Source: Gammaproteobacteria bacterium
Lineage (GTDB): Bacteria > Pseudomonadota > Gammaproteobacteria > Eutrophobiales > Eutrophobiaceae
Assembly: GCA_965238225.1 (NCBI GenBank)
Contig: OZ250183.1
Span: forward strand, 352,001-416,000
Length of the DNA: 64,000 nucleotides
Reading direction: 5' to 3'
The notes beneath the pieces were generated by a model, which saw nothing but the letters and a program-made list of their open reading frames with translations, made no database searches and was not told the origin of the DNA. Within the stretch, counting starts at the first letter, position 1, and each line of letters opens with the position of its first letter. Made by a program: the position numbers and the translations under genes. Positions 10,211-21,950 of this stretch are shown in pieces.

Positions 10211-10224
10211 ACTTGCTTTCCTGC

Positions 10225-11430
10225 TTAATGAGCAGTATATGCACTTAGCGTTCCGTCGCTGCTGTATGTGTAAACAATGTCATCAATGGCAACAGGTGTT
10301 GATAAAATTGGATGCTTTGAAATCCGTGTGCGAGCGACAAACTGACCATTACTCTTATCCATCCAGTGTAGGTAACCTTCTAAATCGCCAACAACAACAA
10401 GATCGCCAATGGTGGCAGGGGCTGTTACATGTCTGGCGAATAAATCCTCCTGTCTCCATATAGAATCGCCAGATGATCGATCCAACGCCCAGATGTGGCT
10501 TTGGTTGTCCGTAATGTAAATATTTTCTCCGTCAGATGTTAATCCTGTGTAGGAAGAAATATTACGCGTCCAGATAGTTCGACCATCTTCCAGAGCAATC
10601 GAGGTTAGATGTCCTTGAAATGTCACAACGTAAATATCATTACCAACAATCACAGGATCCGAATCAATATCAACCATTCTTTCTAATTGAGAACGACCAG
10701 ATGCCAGTGAGACACTCGTTTCCCAAATCAATTTCCCAGTATGCAATTCAATTGCAGAAATACGACCACCATCAAAACCAGCAATGACAACATCGCCTGT
10801 AATAACTGGACTACTGGTGCCACGTAGTGTTAATGAAGGTACAACACGAGCATATATCCACAAGTGACTGCCATCATTTGCACTAAGTCCAAAAATTTTA
10901 CCGTCTATTGTACGCACTACAACAATACCGTAAGCCTCCTGTGGTGCAGCAAGAATCTCACTAGAGACTCTTGTCTGCCACAGGAATTCTCCGTTTTCGC
11001 TTGTATATGCCAGTACATCGCCTTCCTCTGAACCAATCATGGTCAGTGTTTCACTGGAACCTGGACCTCCAGTGATATTTAGATCTGCATCATTTTCCCA
11101 CAGTGTGTCACCACTTTTTATATCAGTGGCTACCAGATTTCCATGAATATCTGTGACAAAAATTTTACCTTGAATATAAGAAGGTGTGAGCTTGAGGAAT
11201 TGTTTAGCAGAACCTTTACCTGTATTTTTTGACCAAAGCTTTGTAATTTCAGCAAGCGTTTCAATTTCTACTAAAAGAGTAGGCGGTTCAGAATTATCTT
11301 TGGTAGCAAATAAGCTTTTATCAAATAAATTTTTCACATAGTCTTTGGTGCCACATCCATACAACAAGATCAGCACTAAGGCGAATAATAAGCAACGCAT
11401 GCCTGATAACATTAGAATGGATTTTTTCAT
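10225..11430 (-). CDS. bamB: Outer membrane assembly lipoprotein BamB
   Basis: Lipobox LYGC, PQQ-type propeller repeats, LTLRGTSSP, GDLEGYLHW; synteny. Confidence 0.93.
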   Translation of the reverse strand: MKKSILMLSGMRCLLFALVLILLYGCGTKDYVKNLFDKSLFATKDNSEPPTLLVEIETLAEITKLWSKNTGKGSAKQFLKLTPSYIQGKIFVTDIHGNLVATDIKSGDTLWENDADLNITGGPGSSETLTMIGSEEGDVLAYTSENGEFLWQTRVSSEILAAPQEAYGIVVVRTIDGKIFGLSANDGSHLWIYARVVPSLTLRGTSSPVITGDVVIAGFDGGRISAIELHTGKLIWETSVSLASGRSQLERMVDIDSDPVIVGNDIYVVTFQGHLTSIALEDGRTIWTRNISSYTGLTSDGENIYITDNQSHIWALDRSSGDSIWRQEDLFARHVTAPATIGDLVVVGDLEGYLHWMDKSNGQFVARTRISKHPILSTPVAIDDIVYTYSSDGTLSAYTAH

Positions 11431-12050
11431 AGATCGTCCAGTTTCATTTGCACAAAAGACTGATTACCGCCAGCGCTATTTTGTGTTGCCAGCGCTTGTG
11501 TATAAGCATTTTTAGCAGATTCTAAATTGTCTTGCTGTAATAAAATATCACCACGTAGTTCATGATAATTTGATGCAAATTTTCCTAGGTCAGCCTTTTC
11601 AAGCAAAGACAAGGCAGCATTTTTATCACCTTCTACAAGTAATAAACGCGAAAGTCGTAATCTGGCAAGATGCTTGAATTCATCGTTATCTGCATTATCA
11701 AGAACCCGTTGAAGATGGGTTTTTGCAGACTTGATGTCATCTTTCTCCACGGCTATACGTGCCTGTAGCAGTGAAGAAAAAGTAGAATATGGGGTTGATT
11801 TGTAGTCTTGGTTTAGCTTGTCTGCAATTGTTGTTGTGTCTATTTCTTTTTCCTGATGTATATCTACAATCATCTGTTCATAAAGATCAGAGGCTTGTTG
11901 TCCCTGAATCACTAAATGGTCTTGCCAGGCACGCCAGCCAAATATGGCAGTCAAACCAATTACGATACCGCCAATAATTGATTTACCATTCTCATGCCAC
12001 CATTTTTTCAGATGTTCAGCTTGTTCTTCGTCTGTTCTATAAGCTTCCAA
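11427..12050 (-). CDS. yfgM: YfgM ancillary SecYEG chaperone (TPR_21)
   Basis: EEQAEHLKKWWHENG, TM segment, ARLRLSR, ELRGDI, MKLDDL. Confidence 0.92.
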   Translation of the reverse strand: MEAYRTDEEQAEHLKKWWHENGKSIIGGIVIGLTAIFGWRAWQDHLVIQGQQASDLYEQMIVDIHQEKEIDTTTIADKLNQDYKSTPYSTFSSLLQARIAVEKDDIKSAKTHLQRVLDNADNDEFKHLARLRLSRLLLVEGDKNAALSLLEKADLGKFASNYHELRGDILLQQDNLESAKNAYTQALATQNSAGGNQSFVQMKLDDL

Positions 12051-12176
12051 AATTTTCTCCCATAAAATTTATTTTCGGAATTCACTTGAATTTCCGGGAA
12101 CAGTAAACTTAGCTGCTGGATGATAATGATGCTTGGGACATTACACAATGGTCTTTTTAAAAACATTTATGGCGGT

Positions 12177-13451
12177 TTATTTAATATTTTTCGATAAAAT
12201 ATCGCCAATCTTATCCCATGAAACTGTTTCTTGCTTAAGTTTATCCCTTAATGACTTGAAGCCCACAGTCTGATTTTTTACCTCATCACTACCCAAAATC
12301 AAGGCAAATAGTGCGCCGGATTTGTCGGCGCTTTTGAACTGGTTCTTAAAACTCCCGCCACCACAATGGGTCATAAGTCTGAGTTGTGGTAGTTGATTAC
12401 GCAATTTTTCTGTCAGTTTCATACCTGCAGCAGTGACTCCATTTTCAGCAGATAAGATAAAATAAGCATGTAGCGGCGCGGTTTCAATGTTATCGCTATT
12501 TTGTTCAATCAAGGCCATCAGGCGTTCTAGCCCCAACGCAAAACCGAAAGCAGGGACAAATTTGCCACCGAAATGTTCAATCAATTCATTGTAGCGACCA
12601 CCAGCACAGAAAGTGCCTTGTGCACCGAGTTTGTCTGTATCCCACTCAAAGACAGTCTGTCCATAATAGTCCAAGCCACGTACAAGTCGTGGGTTGATTG
12701 TATATGGGATATTTGAATCATCTAATATGTTTTTTAATTGCTCAAAATGGTCTGCAGATTCCTTATCCAGATAATCTTGCATTGTCGGTGCTGCGTTGAT
12801 TAATTCTTGCATATCCGGATTTTTACTGTCAAGAATGCGTAACGGATTTATTTGTAATCTGCGTCTGCTTGTTTCATCCAATTGTTTTTCGTGTTGTGAG
12901 AAATAGTTAATCAGTATCTTACAATACTTCGCTCTTGTATGAGCAGATCCTAGAGAGTTCAATTGCAGACATATATTTTCTAGCTCAAGTTCACGCCATA
13001 GGCGCGCACTTAATATGATCATTTCAGCATCTATGTCTGGCCCAACGAAACCAAAGGCCTCGACACCAATCTGATGAAATTGCCTGTGTCTGCCTTTTTG
13101 TGGTCTTTCGTGTCTGAACATGGGACCCATATACCAGAGTTTTTGTGTCTGATTATGAAATAAGCCGTGTTCAAGTCCTGCCCTGACACAGCTTGCTGTG
13201 CCTTCTGGTCGCAGGGTTAGACTATCACCGTTACGATCTTCAAAGCTGTACATTTCCTTGGCAACAATATCGGTCTGCCCGCCGATGGATCGGTTAAATA
13301 GCTCGGTTTTTTCAAGCAAGGGTACACGGATTTCCTGATAGCCATAATTATTTAGGATGCCTGTAATTTTTCTTTCTACGAACTGCCAGCGACTTGTATC
13401 CTGAGGCAGTATATCTGACATACCACGTATAGCCTGTAACTTCTTAGACAA
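12177..13451 (-). CDS. hisS: Histidine--tRNA ligase
   Basis: [32 protein letters not shown]. Confidence 0.97.
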   Translation of the reverse strand: MSKKLQAIRGMSDILPQDTSRWQFVERKITGILNNYGYQEIRVPLLEKTELFNRSIGGQTDIVAKEMYSFEDRNGDSLTLRPEGTASCVRAGLEHGLFHNQTQKLWYMGPMFRHERPQKGRHRQFHQIGVEAFGFVGPDIDAEMIILSARLWRELELENICLQLNSLGSAHTRAKYCKILINYFSQHEKQLDETSRRRLQINPLRILDSKNPDMQELINAAPTMQDYLDKESADHFEQLKNILDDSNIPYTINPRLVRGLDYYGQTVFEWDTDKLGAQGTFCAGGRYNELIEHFGGKFVPAFGFALGLERLMALIEQNSDNIETAPLHAYFILSAENGVTAAGMKLTEKLRNQLPQLRLMTHCGGGSFKNQFKSADKSGALFALILGSDEVKNQTVGFKSLRDKLKQETVSWDKIGDILSKNIK

Positions 13452-13711
13452 AGCTTTCTCCTAGGAAATGAATTATTCTGAAATTTGTACGGGCATAATA
13501 ATATGCGTCATGTCAGTATGATAGCGTGTTAATAAATATGATCCATAATAAACAGATCCATGCTATATGGTATGGTGTGCGAGGCTCATCACGAGCAAGG
13601 AAATTCTTGAAAAATCTTATGATATTTTATTTAGTGCTTATACGTATTTAATACTCATATGCTAAAAAGATTATTCCAAAATTTTCTTATAAATAATTTT
13701 TATGAAGAAAA

Positions 13712-14554
13712 TTACTCTAAAAAAAATTTTGCAATATTTGTTTTGGTGTATTCTTTGGTATCGAATACTTTACCATTGAAATTGACTAAAACAGCTCTGG
13801 AGTTACCAAGCGTGACTGATAATGGTGCTGTGCCAGTTATGCTGATTTTTTCACCAGGTTTGGCAAGGTTGCGATAGAGTTGTTCATTTGTAGCGTCATA
13901 TATTTCAATCCATGATTCAGCAGTTAATTCCATTTTTAAGGTATCTAAATTTACTGGGTCATTTGAGTTTATCTGTACATTTGTGCTCAATGAATCATTT
14001 GTTGATAAATGATCATCAAGTTCTAATAGATTTAGATTGCTTGGCTCATATACTTCACGCACATCCAGAGGTTCTGCGAGAGATTCTGGGTGAATAACAA
14101 TATCATAGTCATCTGGGGTGGTTTTAGTATTGTTTGTAAAAAATTCCGTTCTGACAATATGCTGACTTTGCCACCAAGCAATGACTAAAATTCCTAATGT
14201 AAAAATAACTAGATAGGTCATTGCTTTAACAGGTTTATCTCTACTGCTTGCTTGAACTACAGGCTTAACATCCGGGAGAATCTCCGGCGGTGCTTCTGCC
14301 GAGGCTTCATATATATTGATGAGGTTATCTGCATTTAAGGAAACAGCGCATGCATAACTCCTAATATATCCTTTGATGTAGGTTGGCGCAGGCAGCTTGC
14401 TGAAGTCGTTAGCATCCAGCGCTGCAACAAATTCTTCCTTTAAGTTAAGTCTGGACGCAATTTCTTTTTGAGATAGCGATAATTTTTCTCTGGCTTTGGT
14501 GAGTAATTCACCAAGTTTATTATTATTATTATTTTCTATCTGATCTTCAGGCAT
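13712..14554 (-). CDS. rodZ: Cytoskeleton protein RodZ
   Basis: HTH with LPAPTYIKGYIRSYA, single TM, C-terminal SWIEIYDA..LGN domain. Confidence 0.9.
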   Translation of the reverse strand: MPEDQIENNNNNKLGELLTKAREKLSLSQKEIASRLNLKEEFVAALDANDFSKLPAPTYIKGYIRSYACAVSLNADNLINIYEASAEAPPEILPDVKPVVQASSRDKPVKAMTYLVIFTLGILVIAWWQSQHIVRTEFFTNNTKTTPDDYDIVIHPESLAEPLDVREVYEPSNLNLLELDDHLSTNDSLSTNVQINSNDPVNLDTLKMELTAESWIEIYDATNEQLYRNLAKPGEKISITGTAPLSVTLGNSRAVLVNFNGKVFDTKEYTKTNIAKFFLE

Positions 14555-14557
14555 TGT

Positions 14558-15331
14558 CTATTTGGCCAAACTATTTTTTAATAAATTAGTTTCTTCGCTG
14601 TCTGGAAATTTATTTTTTAATAATAATTCGTAGCTCGATAGCGCATTATTATCGCCTAGCTTACTTTCAACCTGAATACCGAGCCAAAGACTTTTTGCTG
14701 TATGAGGGCTTACCTCAAGGTATCGCTGTAAATACCCCCTTGCTGATAGGTAGTTTTTGGTGACATATGAAATTTCAATCATTTGCAATAGCGCAGGAAT
14801 CACCTTAGGGTTTTCCCCCAATGCTTTTCTAAAATACTTTTCAGCGATACCCAGCTTGTCCTGCTTCATGGCGCAGACCCCAGCATTTGACAATGCAATT
14901 TCTGGTGTTGTATATAATGGGTTGTTTGCAGCTTTTAGGAAATGTTTCTCAGCTTTATCAAAGCGAGATTCCTGACAGAGGAACTGACCATAATTGTTCA
15001 TAGTAGATGAATCATATTCATTTAAACGAAGCGCCTGAATGAAATATTCTTCAGCTTTTTTTTTGTCTTTAAATCTCTGGTATAAAACTCCCAAAGCATT
15101 GTAGGTAGGCGAATAATGCGGATCAGCCGCCCGTGCCTTTTGTAATTTTTCCAGTGATTTCTCCAATGCGCCTGCTTGCAGATAGGCTATTCCAAGGTCT
15201 AGGTTAGCCTTCGCAATATCGTTGGTCTTTACTGATGGTTTGATAGATTCAGAGCGACCGGTCGTTTGGCCGCAGCCGCTTAAGCCTAAATAGAGGAAAT
15301 AAAAAATAATAGTGAGCGTAATCTTTTTCAT
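14558..15331 (-). CDS. pilW: Type IV pilus biogenesis/stability lipoprotein PilW (PilF)
   Basis: Lipobox LSGC, TPRs, NNYGQFLC, NAGVCA, SLWLG; position between rlmN and rodZ. Confidence 0.9.
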   Translation of the reverse strand: MKKITLTIIFYFLYLGLSGCGQTTGRSESIKPSVKTNDIAKANLDLGIAYLQAGALEKSLEKLQKARAADPHYSPTYNALGVLYQRFKDKKKAEEYFIQALRLNEYDSSTMNNYGQFLCQESRFDKAEKHFLKAANNPLYTTPEIALSNAGVCAMKQDKLGIAEKYFRKALGENPKVIPALLQMIEISYVTKNYLSARGYLQRYLEVSPHTAKSLWLGIQVESKLGDNNALSSYELLLKNKFPDSEETNLLKNSLAK

Positions 15332-15345
15332 GCCTTACCGTATAT

Positions 15346-16443
15346 TTAATAGCGTTTTGAGGGCATTCGGTATTTTTTAGCGCGTGCCATGACCTTGCCA
15401 ACCAATTGACCACAGGCTGCGTCGATATCATCACCTCTGGTTTTACGTGTGATGGCAAAAACACCGCCCTTGATTAAAATGTCCCTGAATTTATCAATTA
15501 CACTCGTTTTGGAACATTTATAGTCAGTCCCAAGAAAGGGGTTGAATGGGATGAGGTTAATCTTTGCGGGGATCCCATTCATAAGTTTAATCAACATACG
15601 AGCCTCGGCTTCGCTATCATTAATACCATCCAGCATAACATATTCGAAAGTGATCGTATCTACGATATGTATTTTTGCATATCTTTTGCATGCTTGCATC
15701 AATTCTTCAATAGGGTAGCTTTTGTTAATGGGTACCAGATTATTACGCAGCTCATTATTAGTCGCATGCAATGAGATGGCTAGGCTGACATCACTTGTCT
15801 TTGCCAGTTTATCAATTGCCGGCACCAAGCCAGATGTACTCAAGGTGACTCGTTTTCGTGAAAGTCCATATGCACAATCTTCCATCATCAGGCTCATGGC
15901 ACTAACGACATTGTCAAAATTAAGCAGAGGTTCACCCATGCCCATCATGACAATATTGCTGATAGTGCGGTTTTTATATTTGTAGTCTCCCAGCGCCTGA
16001 CTTGCAATCCATAATTGACCAATGATTTCGCCAGTAGTTAGGTTCCGATTAAATCCTTGCTTTCCGGTAGCGCAGAAGCCACAGTCCAATGCGCAACCTA
16101 CTTGAGATGAAATACATAAAGTCCCCCGATCTTTCCCCGGGATAAATACGGTCTCTATGCTATTGTTATTGTCAAGTTGGAGCAACCATTTGCACGTGCC
16201 ATCTTTTGATATTTGTTGAGAGATTATTTTTGGAAGTTGGATATGAGCGATATCAGATAATTTTTTGCGAAGTGCTTTACTTAAAGTTGTCATTTGCGAG
16301 AAATCGGTGATGCCGTATTGATAGATCCACTTGAGTACCTGAACGGCACGAAACGGTTTTTCACCTATATCGGTAAAATAGGTTTCCATGGAATATCGGT
16401 CATGATCAAGCAGGTTTGCTTGCTTGTTTACGCCTATGCCCAT
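15346..16443 (-). CDS. rlmN: 23S rRNA m2A2503/tRNA A37 methyltransferase RlmN
   Basis: [15 protein letters not shown] radical-SAM motif, MGMGEP, DAACGQL. Confidence 0.97.
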   Translation of the reverse strand: MGIGVNKQANLLDHDRYSMETYFTDIGEKPFRAVQVLKWIYQYGITDFSQMTTLSKALRKKLSDIAHIQLPKIISQQISKDGTCKWLLQLDNNNSIETVFIPGKDRGTLCISSQVGCALDCGFCATGKQGFNRNLTTGEIIGQLWIASQALGDYKYKNRTISNIVMMGMGEPLLNFDNVVSAMSLMMEDCAYGLSRKRVTLSTSGLVPAIDKLAKTSDVSLAISLHATNNELRNNLVPINKSYPIEELMQACKRYAKIHIVDTITFEYVMLDGINDSEAEARMLIKLMNGIPAKINLIPFNPFLGTDYKCSKTSVIDKFRDILIKGGVFAITRKTRGDDIDAACGQLVGKVMARAKKYRMPSKRY

Positions 16444-16460
16444 AGTTTAGACTGCATAAC

Positions 16461-16898
16461 TTACCGGATACGTTCGCAGATTTCTTCTGGCTTGAAGAAA
16501 AACTTAATTTCTTCCACCGCAGTTTCTGGCGCGTCAGAACCATGCACTGCATTTTCGTTAGCCTTACCTTCTCTCGCCAGATCGTAACGAATTGAACCTG
16601 GGGCAGAAAATTCGGGCATGGTTGCACCCATTAAGGCACGACATCTTGCAATCGCATTTTCGCCTTCAAGGACAGATATCATTGCCGGACCAGAGATCAT
16701 GAATTCAACCAGCATGTTATAGAAAGGCCGTTCTTTATGAATAGAATAAAAATCTTTGGCCTGTTTTTTGGTTAATTGTGTCATTTTTGCAGCAATGATA
16801 GTCAGATCATTTGCTTCAAATCTTGAATAAATATCTCCAATATAATTATTTGCTATGGCATCAGGCTTGATTATCGATAGCGTGCGTTCAATGGTCAT
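16461..16898 (-). CDS. ndk: Nucleoside diphosphate kinase
   Basis: [18 protein letters not shown]. Confidence 0.97.
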   Translation of the reverse strand: MTIERTLSIIKPDAIANNYIGDIYSRFEANDLTIIAAKMTQLTKKQAKDFYSIHKERPFYNMLVEFMISGPAMISVLEGENAIARCRALMGATMPEFSAPGSIRYDLAREGKANENAVHGSDAPETAVEEIKFFFKPEEICERIR

Positions 16899-16968
16899 TT
16901 ACTTAAACTTACTCTAAAAAATGCTTTAATGTTTTAAAATGAAGGAATCAGGCCTAACTGACAATTAA

Positions 16969-17003
16969 GCGCGCGATTATACGTGCTTGAAATCAAGCGT
17001 AAA
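16969..17003 (-). promoter_or_regulatory. Sigma70 promoter candidate for ndk with GC-rich discriminator
   Basis: Minus strand reads TTTACG-N16-TATAAT-CGCGCGC about 75 nt upstream of the ndk start. Confidence 0.6.
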
Positions 17004-17052
17004 GTCTTTAATATGCCGAAAGTGACTTAAATGTGAAAAGCGGTAAAAACTA

Positions 17053-17398
17053 TCAATCCCAGCGATTATCATATACTTGAACGATACTGTCTGTGATGTG
17101 AATAGGAAAAGTTGGTACATCTTCATAGGCTGGAGGCGTTAGGGCTTTACCCGTTTTAATACAGAATTTAGCACCATGTCGTGGACAAATAATTTGTTTA
17201 TCATTGATTAATTGTTCCGGGAGTAGTTCTGACCCCAGTCCACTATCTAGCATTGTGGAATTATCATGGTCGCAATTATTTTCGATAGCAAAACATTCAC
17301 CGTCAAGATTAAAAACGGCAATTTGCACATCACCCAAGTCAACCAGTCTCGCCTCGCCCAAAGGATTCTATGGGTTCTATGTTAATCCAGTCTGGCAT
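17053..17398 (-). pseudogene. SUF-associated Rieske [2Fe-2S] ferredoxin with an N-terminal frameshift
   Basis: ATG at 17398 gives MPDWINIEPIESF, then the frame shifts into GEARLVDLGDVQIAVFNLDG..CDH..CPRHGAKF; ligands intact; a TTG at 17361 could give a shortened product. Confidence 0.75.
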
Positions 17399-17441
17399 AG
17401 CAGGAATCTTTAGTAGGGCTTAGATACCGTGAATGGCGATA

Positions 17442-17993
17442 TCAATAAAGACCGGTTTGTAATCTAGCAGCTTCTGACATCATGGTTTGATTCCATGGAG
17501 GATCAAAAGTCAGATCGACATTAACTTGAGTGACATTAGGCAAAGTAATGATTTTGCTGCGAACATCTTCAGCCAGAAACTCACCCATGCCACATCCGGG
17601 TGCAGTCAGCGTCATAGTAATGTCAACTCGATTACCCACATCTACAGGGGTGATGCTGCAATTATAAATCAGGCCGAGTTCGACAATATCGATAGGAATC
17701 TCTGGGTCATAGCAGGTACGTAGCTGTTCCCAAATGAGTGCTTCATAAACACGCCCATCTCCTGTTTGCTCATGTGCAGGTTCGGTATTATTATCTTCAA
17801 TTTCAAACCCCAATGCATCAGCATCTTTACTGTCAATGCGTGCAAGATTGCCGTTGATGTTTACCGTATAGCTTCCGCCTAGTGCCTGCGTAATATAAAC
17901 GATACTGTCTTTTTCAAGCTTGATGGGGGTGCCATCAGGGATCAGTACAGCATTGCAGTCTCGTACTAGAGCGATAGATTCATTATGTTGCAT
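17442..17993 (-). CDS. sufT: Fe-S cluster assembly protein SufT (DUF59)
   Basis: ITQALGGSYTV, CYDPEIPIDIVELGLIY, MTLTAPGCGMG, FDPPW. Confidence 0.93.
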   Translation of the reverse strand: MQHNESIALVRDCNAVLIPDGTPIKLEKDSIVYITQALGGSYTVNINGNLARIDSKDADALGFEIEDNNTEPAHEQTGDGRVYEALIWEQLRTCYDPEIPIDIVELGLIYNCSITPVDVGNRVDITMTLTAPGCGMGEFLAEDVRSKIITLPNVTQVNVDLTFDPPWNQTMMSEAARLQTGLY

Positions 17994-18005
17994 ATTCGTT
18001 CCAGA

Positions 18006-18461
18006 TTATTCTGTTGTGGCAGGACAGTTATCGCCCCATAATGCCGAATGCAGGGTGTGCCAGCAAAGTGTCGCACATTTAACGCGTGCTGGATATTCTT
18101 TAACGCCCGCCAGTGCAACAAGTTTTCCCAATGATTGCATTTGTTCTTGACTAGGGTTTGCTTCTTCCATGACTAGATTGTGAAAATTTTCAAATAACTG
18201 TTCGGCCTCTTTAATGGTCTTACCTTTTAGTGAATCTGTCATTAAAGACGCAGAGGCAACTGAGATAGCACAGCCAGAACCATCAAAACTGACATCCGCA
18301 ATCAGATCATCTTCTGTTGTTAAGTAAAGATTCAATTTATCACCGCACAAAGGGTTGTAGCCTTCGGCAATCTGGCTTGGGTTCTCGAGCTTGCCAAAAT
18401 TTCTCGGGCTGCGGTTATGATCAATGATGGCCTCCTGATAGAGGTCTTTTAAATTAAGCAT
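18006..18461 (-). CDS. sufU: SUF system NifU-family protein SufU
   Basis: LYQEAIIDH, GYNPLCGD, GCAISVAS, RVKCATL; TGATG overlap with sufS stop. Confidence 0.93.
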   Translation of the reverse strand: MLNLKDLYQEAIIDHNRSPRNFGKLENPSQIAEGYNPLCGDKLNLYLTTEDDLIADVSFDGSGCAISVASASLMTDSLKGKTIKEAEQLFENFHNLVMEEANPSQEQMQSLGKLVALAGVKEYPARVKCATLCWHTLHSALWGDNCPATTE

Positions 18462-19717
18462 CAAGCAAAAACCTCTCTGGCTTTTTCCAGAGCGTGAATC
18501 AAACTATCAATTTCCGCAAAAGTGTTATAAAAAGAAAAGGAAGCACGTGCTGTCGCAGGTACGTTAAAGTGTGTCATTACTGGCATGGCACAATGATGGC
18601 CTGTGCGTATAGCGATGCCTTTATGATCAAGGATCGTACCTATGTCATGAGGATGAATGCTGTCCATGATGAAAGATAGGATGCTGGTTTTTTGTGCTGC
18701 CGTACCAATTAGGCGTAAACCTTCAACTTGTCCCATTTTTTCTGTAGCGTAATTAAGTAGTTCATGTTCATAAGCGGCAATGGCATCAAGGCCAATCATA
18801 TTAATATAGTTAATAGCTGTATCTAGCCCAATGACTCCAGCAATATTCGGTGTGCCTGCTTCAAACTTGTAGGGTAGGTTGGCATACATTGTTTTTTCGA
18901 ATGACACCATCTTGATCATATCGCCACCACCTTGCCAAGGCGGCATGGCTTCGAGTAATTCTGTCTTGCCATAAAGCACGCCGACCCCTGTGGGGCCAAA
19001 AAGTTTGTGACCGGAAAATACATAAAAATCACAATCCAGCGCTTGCACATCTACGGCGGCATGCGGTGCAGCTTGAGCACCATCAATAATAACAATAGCA
19101 TTATGCTCATGTGTACGGTTGATGATGGCTTGAATTGGATTGATTGTTCCCAAGGCATTGGAAATATGAACCACTGAAACAATCTTTGTCTGTGGGTTAA
19201 GTAATTTCTCAAACTCTTCTATGATTAGTTCACCATCATCATTAATCGGGATTATTTTCAGGAGCGCACCGGTTTGTTCGCAAAGCAATTGCCATGGCAC
19301 GATGTTTGAGTGGTGTTCCATTTCGGAAATAATAATTTCGTCACCACCTTTAAGGTTGGTTCTGCCATAACTTTGAGCAATCAGGTTAATACCTTCAGTT
19401 GCACCACGCACAAAGATTATCTCTTCCTTTGAGTCAGCGTTTAGGAAATTACGTATGTTTACTCGGGCATTTTCATAATAAGCCGTCGATCTTTCACTCA
19501 AAGTATGCACACCACGGTGAATGTTGGCATTATCTTCTTGATAGTATTTGTCCAGTGCTTCGATCACTTGTTTGGGTTTTTGCGAGGTTGCAGCATTGTC
19601 AAGATAGACTAGAGGCTTACCGTTTACTTCTTGATGTAGAATTGGAAAATTCTGACGAATTTTTTCAATATCTAATAAGGGTGTTTTAATATTATTTGCT
19701 GTGTTGATTTCTGACAT
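18461..19717 (-). CDS. sufS: Cysteine desulfurase SufS
   Basis: YLDNAATSQKP, EHHSN, SGHK, RTGHHCA (class II). Confidence 0.96.
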   Translation of the reverse strand: MSEINTANNIKTPLLDIEKIRQNFPILHQEVNGKPLVYLDNAATSQKPKQVIEALDKYYQEDNANIHRGVHTLSERSTAYYENARVNIRNFLNADSKEEIIFVRGATEGINLIAQSYGRTNLKGGDEIIISEMEHHSNIVPWQLLCEQTGALLKIIPINDDGELIIEEFEKLLNPQTKIVSVVHISNALGTINPIQAIINRTHEHNAIVIIDGAQAAPHAAVDVQALDCDFYVFSGHKLFGPTGVGVLYGKTELLEAMPPWQGGGDMIKMVSFEKTMYANLPYKFEAGTPNIAGVIGLDTAINYINMIGLDAIAAYEHELLNYATEKMGQVEGLRLIGTAAQKTSILSFIMDSIHPHDIGTILDHKGIAIRTGHHCAMPVMTHFNVPATARASFSFYNTFAEIDSLIHALEKAREVFA

Positions 19718-19746
19718 CTTCAGATTCTCTTAACTTTTTTTTAGCC

Positions 19747-21105
19747 TTACATTTTGTTGGCAGCACTCAAATTGGCTTTAATTAGATCAGCATCAGGCAA
19801 ACGGCCGCCGATGTTGTATTCCAACTGTTCGCGCAAAGGCGCAAATTTGATGCGACGAATAATTTCATCAGCAAAAGCAAAGATTAGTAAGTTTTTGGCG
19901 GTTTCTTCATCAAGGCTACGTGAACGAAGGTAAAACAGCATATTCTTGTCTAGCTGACCAATGGTCGCACCGTGACTACATTCTACATCATCGGCGTAAA
20001 TTTCCAGTTCCGGTTTGGTGTCAATCTCAGCATGGTCAGATAATAGGAGGTTAGCATTAGATTGTGCTGCCTCTATTTTCTGCGCATCTTTATGCACAAT
20101 AACTTTGCCATTGAAGACGCCTTGCGCACGATCATCCAGCACGCCGCGATAATTTTCTTCACTTTGGGTATGAGGTTTGGAATGATTTACTAGTGTGTGG
20201 TTATCGACATGCTGACTACCATTGCCCATATAAAGTCCGTTTAAAATAACCTTAGCACCGAAACCTGCAAGTTCCGTGACGATATCATTGCGCACGATTG
20301 CGCCGCCTAATGAAACTGAATATGATTCAACACGGCTGTTACGATGTAGTTTCAGATGCGTACCGCTAATATGAAAACTTTCGGTATTTTCCTGTTGTAT
20401 TTTGTAATGTTCAAGTGCTGCATTATCAGACATTTCAATCTCTGTAATAGTATTGGTAAAACTAACAACATCCTGTAGCCCACGGAAGCTTTCTATTACG
20501 TTAGCCTGTGCATTTTTACCCATGATGATTAAATTACGTGGCATCACAGCAAGCGGCTGCCCACTGTTGCTGGAAATAAAATAAATTACAATGGGTTCTT
20601 TGATGATGACATTGTCTGGTACGCATATAAGTGCGCCATCATTAAAGAAAGCCGTATTTAATGCAGCAAAAATATGTTGTTTGCTATCAAAATATCTATT
20701 TAGGCTTGCTTCAATTAATTCTGGAGTATTATTTAAGGCTTCACGCAAGCTGCCAATAATGACCTTATTATTAAGCTTGCCTATGTTTGAATGTTCGGAT
20801 GAATATTGACCATTTATAAATACCAGTTCATGACTGTTTTTTGCATTAAATCTCAGACTTGCTAACACGTCAGTTTGAATGACATTGTGTGTCGAATTTG
20901 CAGCCATGAACCCAGTTTTGGTAATTCGAGATACGTCTGTGTATTTCCAGTTTTCATGACGACGTGTTGGGAACCCTGTTTTTTGAAACTGATCGAATGC
21001 AGATTGCCTATAGGCAGCCAACCACGGTGGCGTGCTTGTATCTTGATGTGCAGAAAAAACTGATCGAAAATTTTCCGTCAAGATATTGGATTGTGCTGAA
21101 CTCAT
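19747..21105 (-). CDS. sufD: Fe-S cluster assembly protein SufD
   Basis: [37 protein letters not shown]. Confidence 0.95.
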   Translation of the reverse strand: MSSAQSNILTENFRSVFSAHQDTSTPPWLAAYRQSAFDQFQKTGFPTRRHENWKYTDVSRITKTGFMAANSTHNVIQTDVLASLRFNAKNSHELVFINGQYSSEHSNIGKLNNKVIIGSLREALNNTPELIEASLNRYFDSKQHIFAALNTAFFNDGALICVPDNVIIKEPIVIYFISSNSGQPLAVMPRNLIIMGKNAQANVIESFRGLQDVVSFTNTITEIEMSDNAALEHYKIQQENTESFHISGTHLKLHRNSRVESYSVSLGGAIVRNDIVTELAGFGAKVILNGLYMGNGSQHVDNHTLVNHSKPHTQSEENYRGVLDDRAQGVFNGKVIVHKDAQKIEAAQSNANLLLSDHAEIDTKPELEIYADDVECSHGATIGQLDKNMLFYLRSRSLDEETAKNLLIFAFADEIIRRIKFAPLREQLEYNIGGRLPDADLIKANLSAANKM

Positions 21106-21857
21106 GCCGCATCAGCTCCTTCTAGTATCCAGTCATAGCCTTTATCTTCAAGTTCCAGCGCCAGTTCTTTACTGCCAGATTTAATGATCTTGCCATCAAA
21201 CAAGACATGTACATAGTCAGGGACGATGTAATCTAGCAAGCGTTGATAGTGAGTTACCAGCATGATGGCGCGGTCTTTACTGCGGAAATTATTGACACCA
21301 TCCGCAACGACCTTCAAGGCATCAATATCCAGACCAGAATCGGTTTCATCAAGGATGGCAAGTGTTGGTTCAAGTAATACCATCTGAAAAATCTCATTAC
21401 GCTTTTTCTCGCCGCCAGAGAAGCCTTCATTAACTGCGCGATTTAAAAGATCCTCTTTCATTTTAACGATTTTCATTTTTTCTTTAATCAGTGTCAGAAA
21501 TTCAAAAGCATCTAATTCAGTTTTTCCTTGATGTTTGCGAATGGCATTCATTGCTGCCTTCAATAAGTAAACATTATTTACACCTGGTATTTCGACAGGA
21601 TATTGAAAAGCTAGGAAGATACCTTCACGTGCACGAATTTCAGGCTCCATCTCGGTAAGATCCTTGTCTTTATAAATAATTTCACCGCTATCGACTGCAT
21701 AATCATTGCGACCAGCAATGACATTTGCCAGAGTGCTTTTCCCAGAACCGTTCGGACCCATAATGGCATGCACCTCACCGGCTTTAATTTCAAGATTCAG
21801 TCCTTTGATGATTTGTTTATTATCGACAGACGCTTTTAAATTTTTAATTTTTAACAT
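21102..21857 (-). CDS. sufC: Fe-S cluster assembly ATPase SufC
   Basis: [38 protein letters not shown]. Confidence 0.97.
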   Translation of the reverse strand: MLKIKNLKASVDNKQIIKGLNLEIKAGEVHAIMGPNGSGKSTLANVIAGRNDYAVDSGEIIYKDKDLTEMEPEIRAREGIFLAFQYPVEIPGVNNVYLLKAAMNAIRKHQGKTELDAFEFLTLIKEKMKIVKMKEDLLNRAVNEGFSGGEKKRNEIFQMVLLEPTLAILDETDSGLDIDALKVVADGVNNFRSKDRAIMLVTHYQRLLDYIVPDYVHVLFDGKIIKSGSKELALELEDKGYDWILEGADAA

Positions 21858-21950
21858 TAATTTTTTCCAAGAAGAATTGATGAAAAGCTAGATGCTGAAA
21901 GAATGCAGATTTTATTTTTTATTACATTTAATTCTTAATTGTTCGTATTC

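Noticed and set aside
12072-12100. Imperfect inverted repeat between hisS and yfgM
   Set aside because: Mismatched stem, single occurrence, no assignable function
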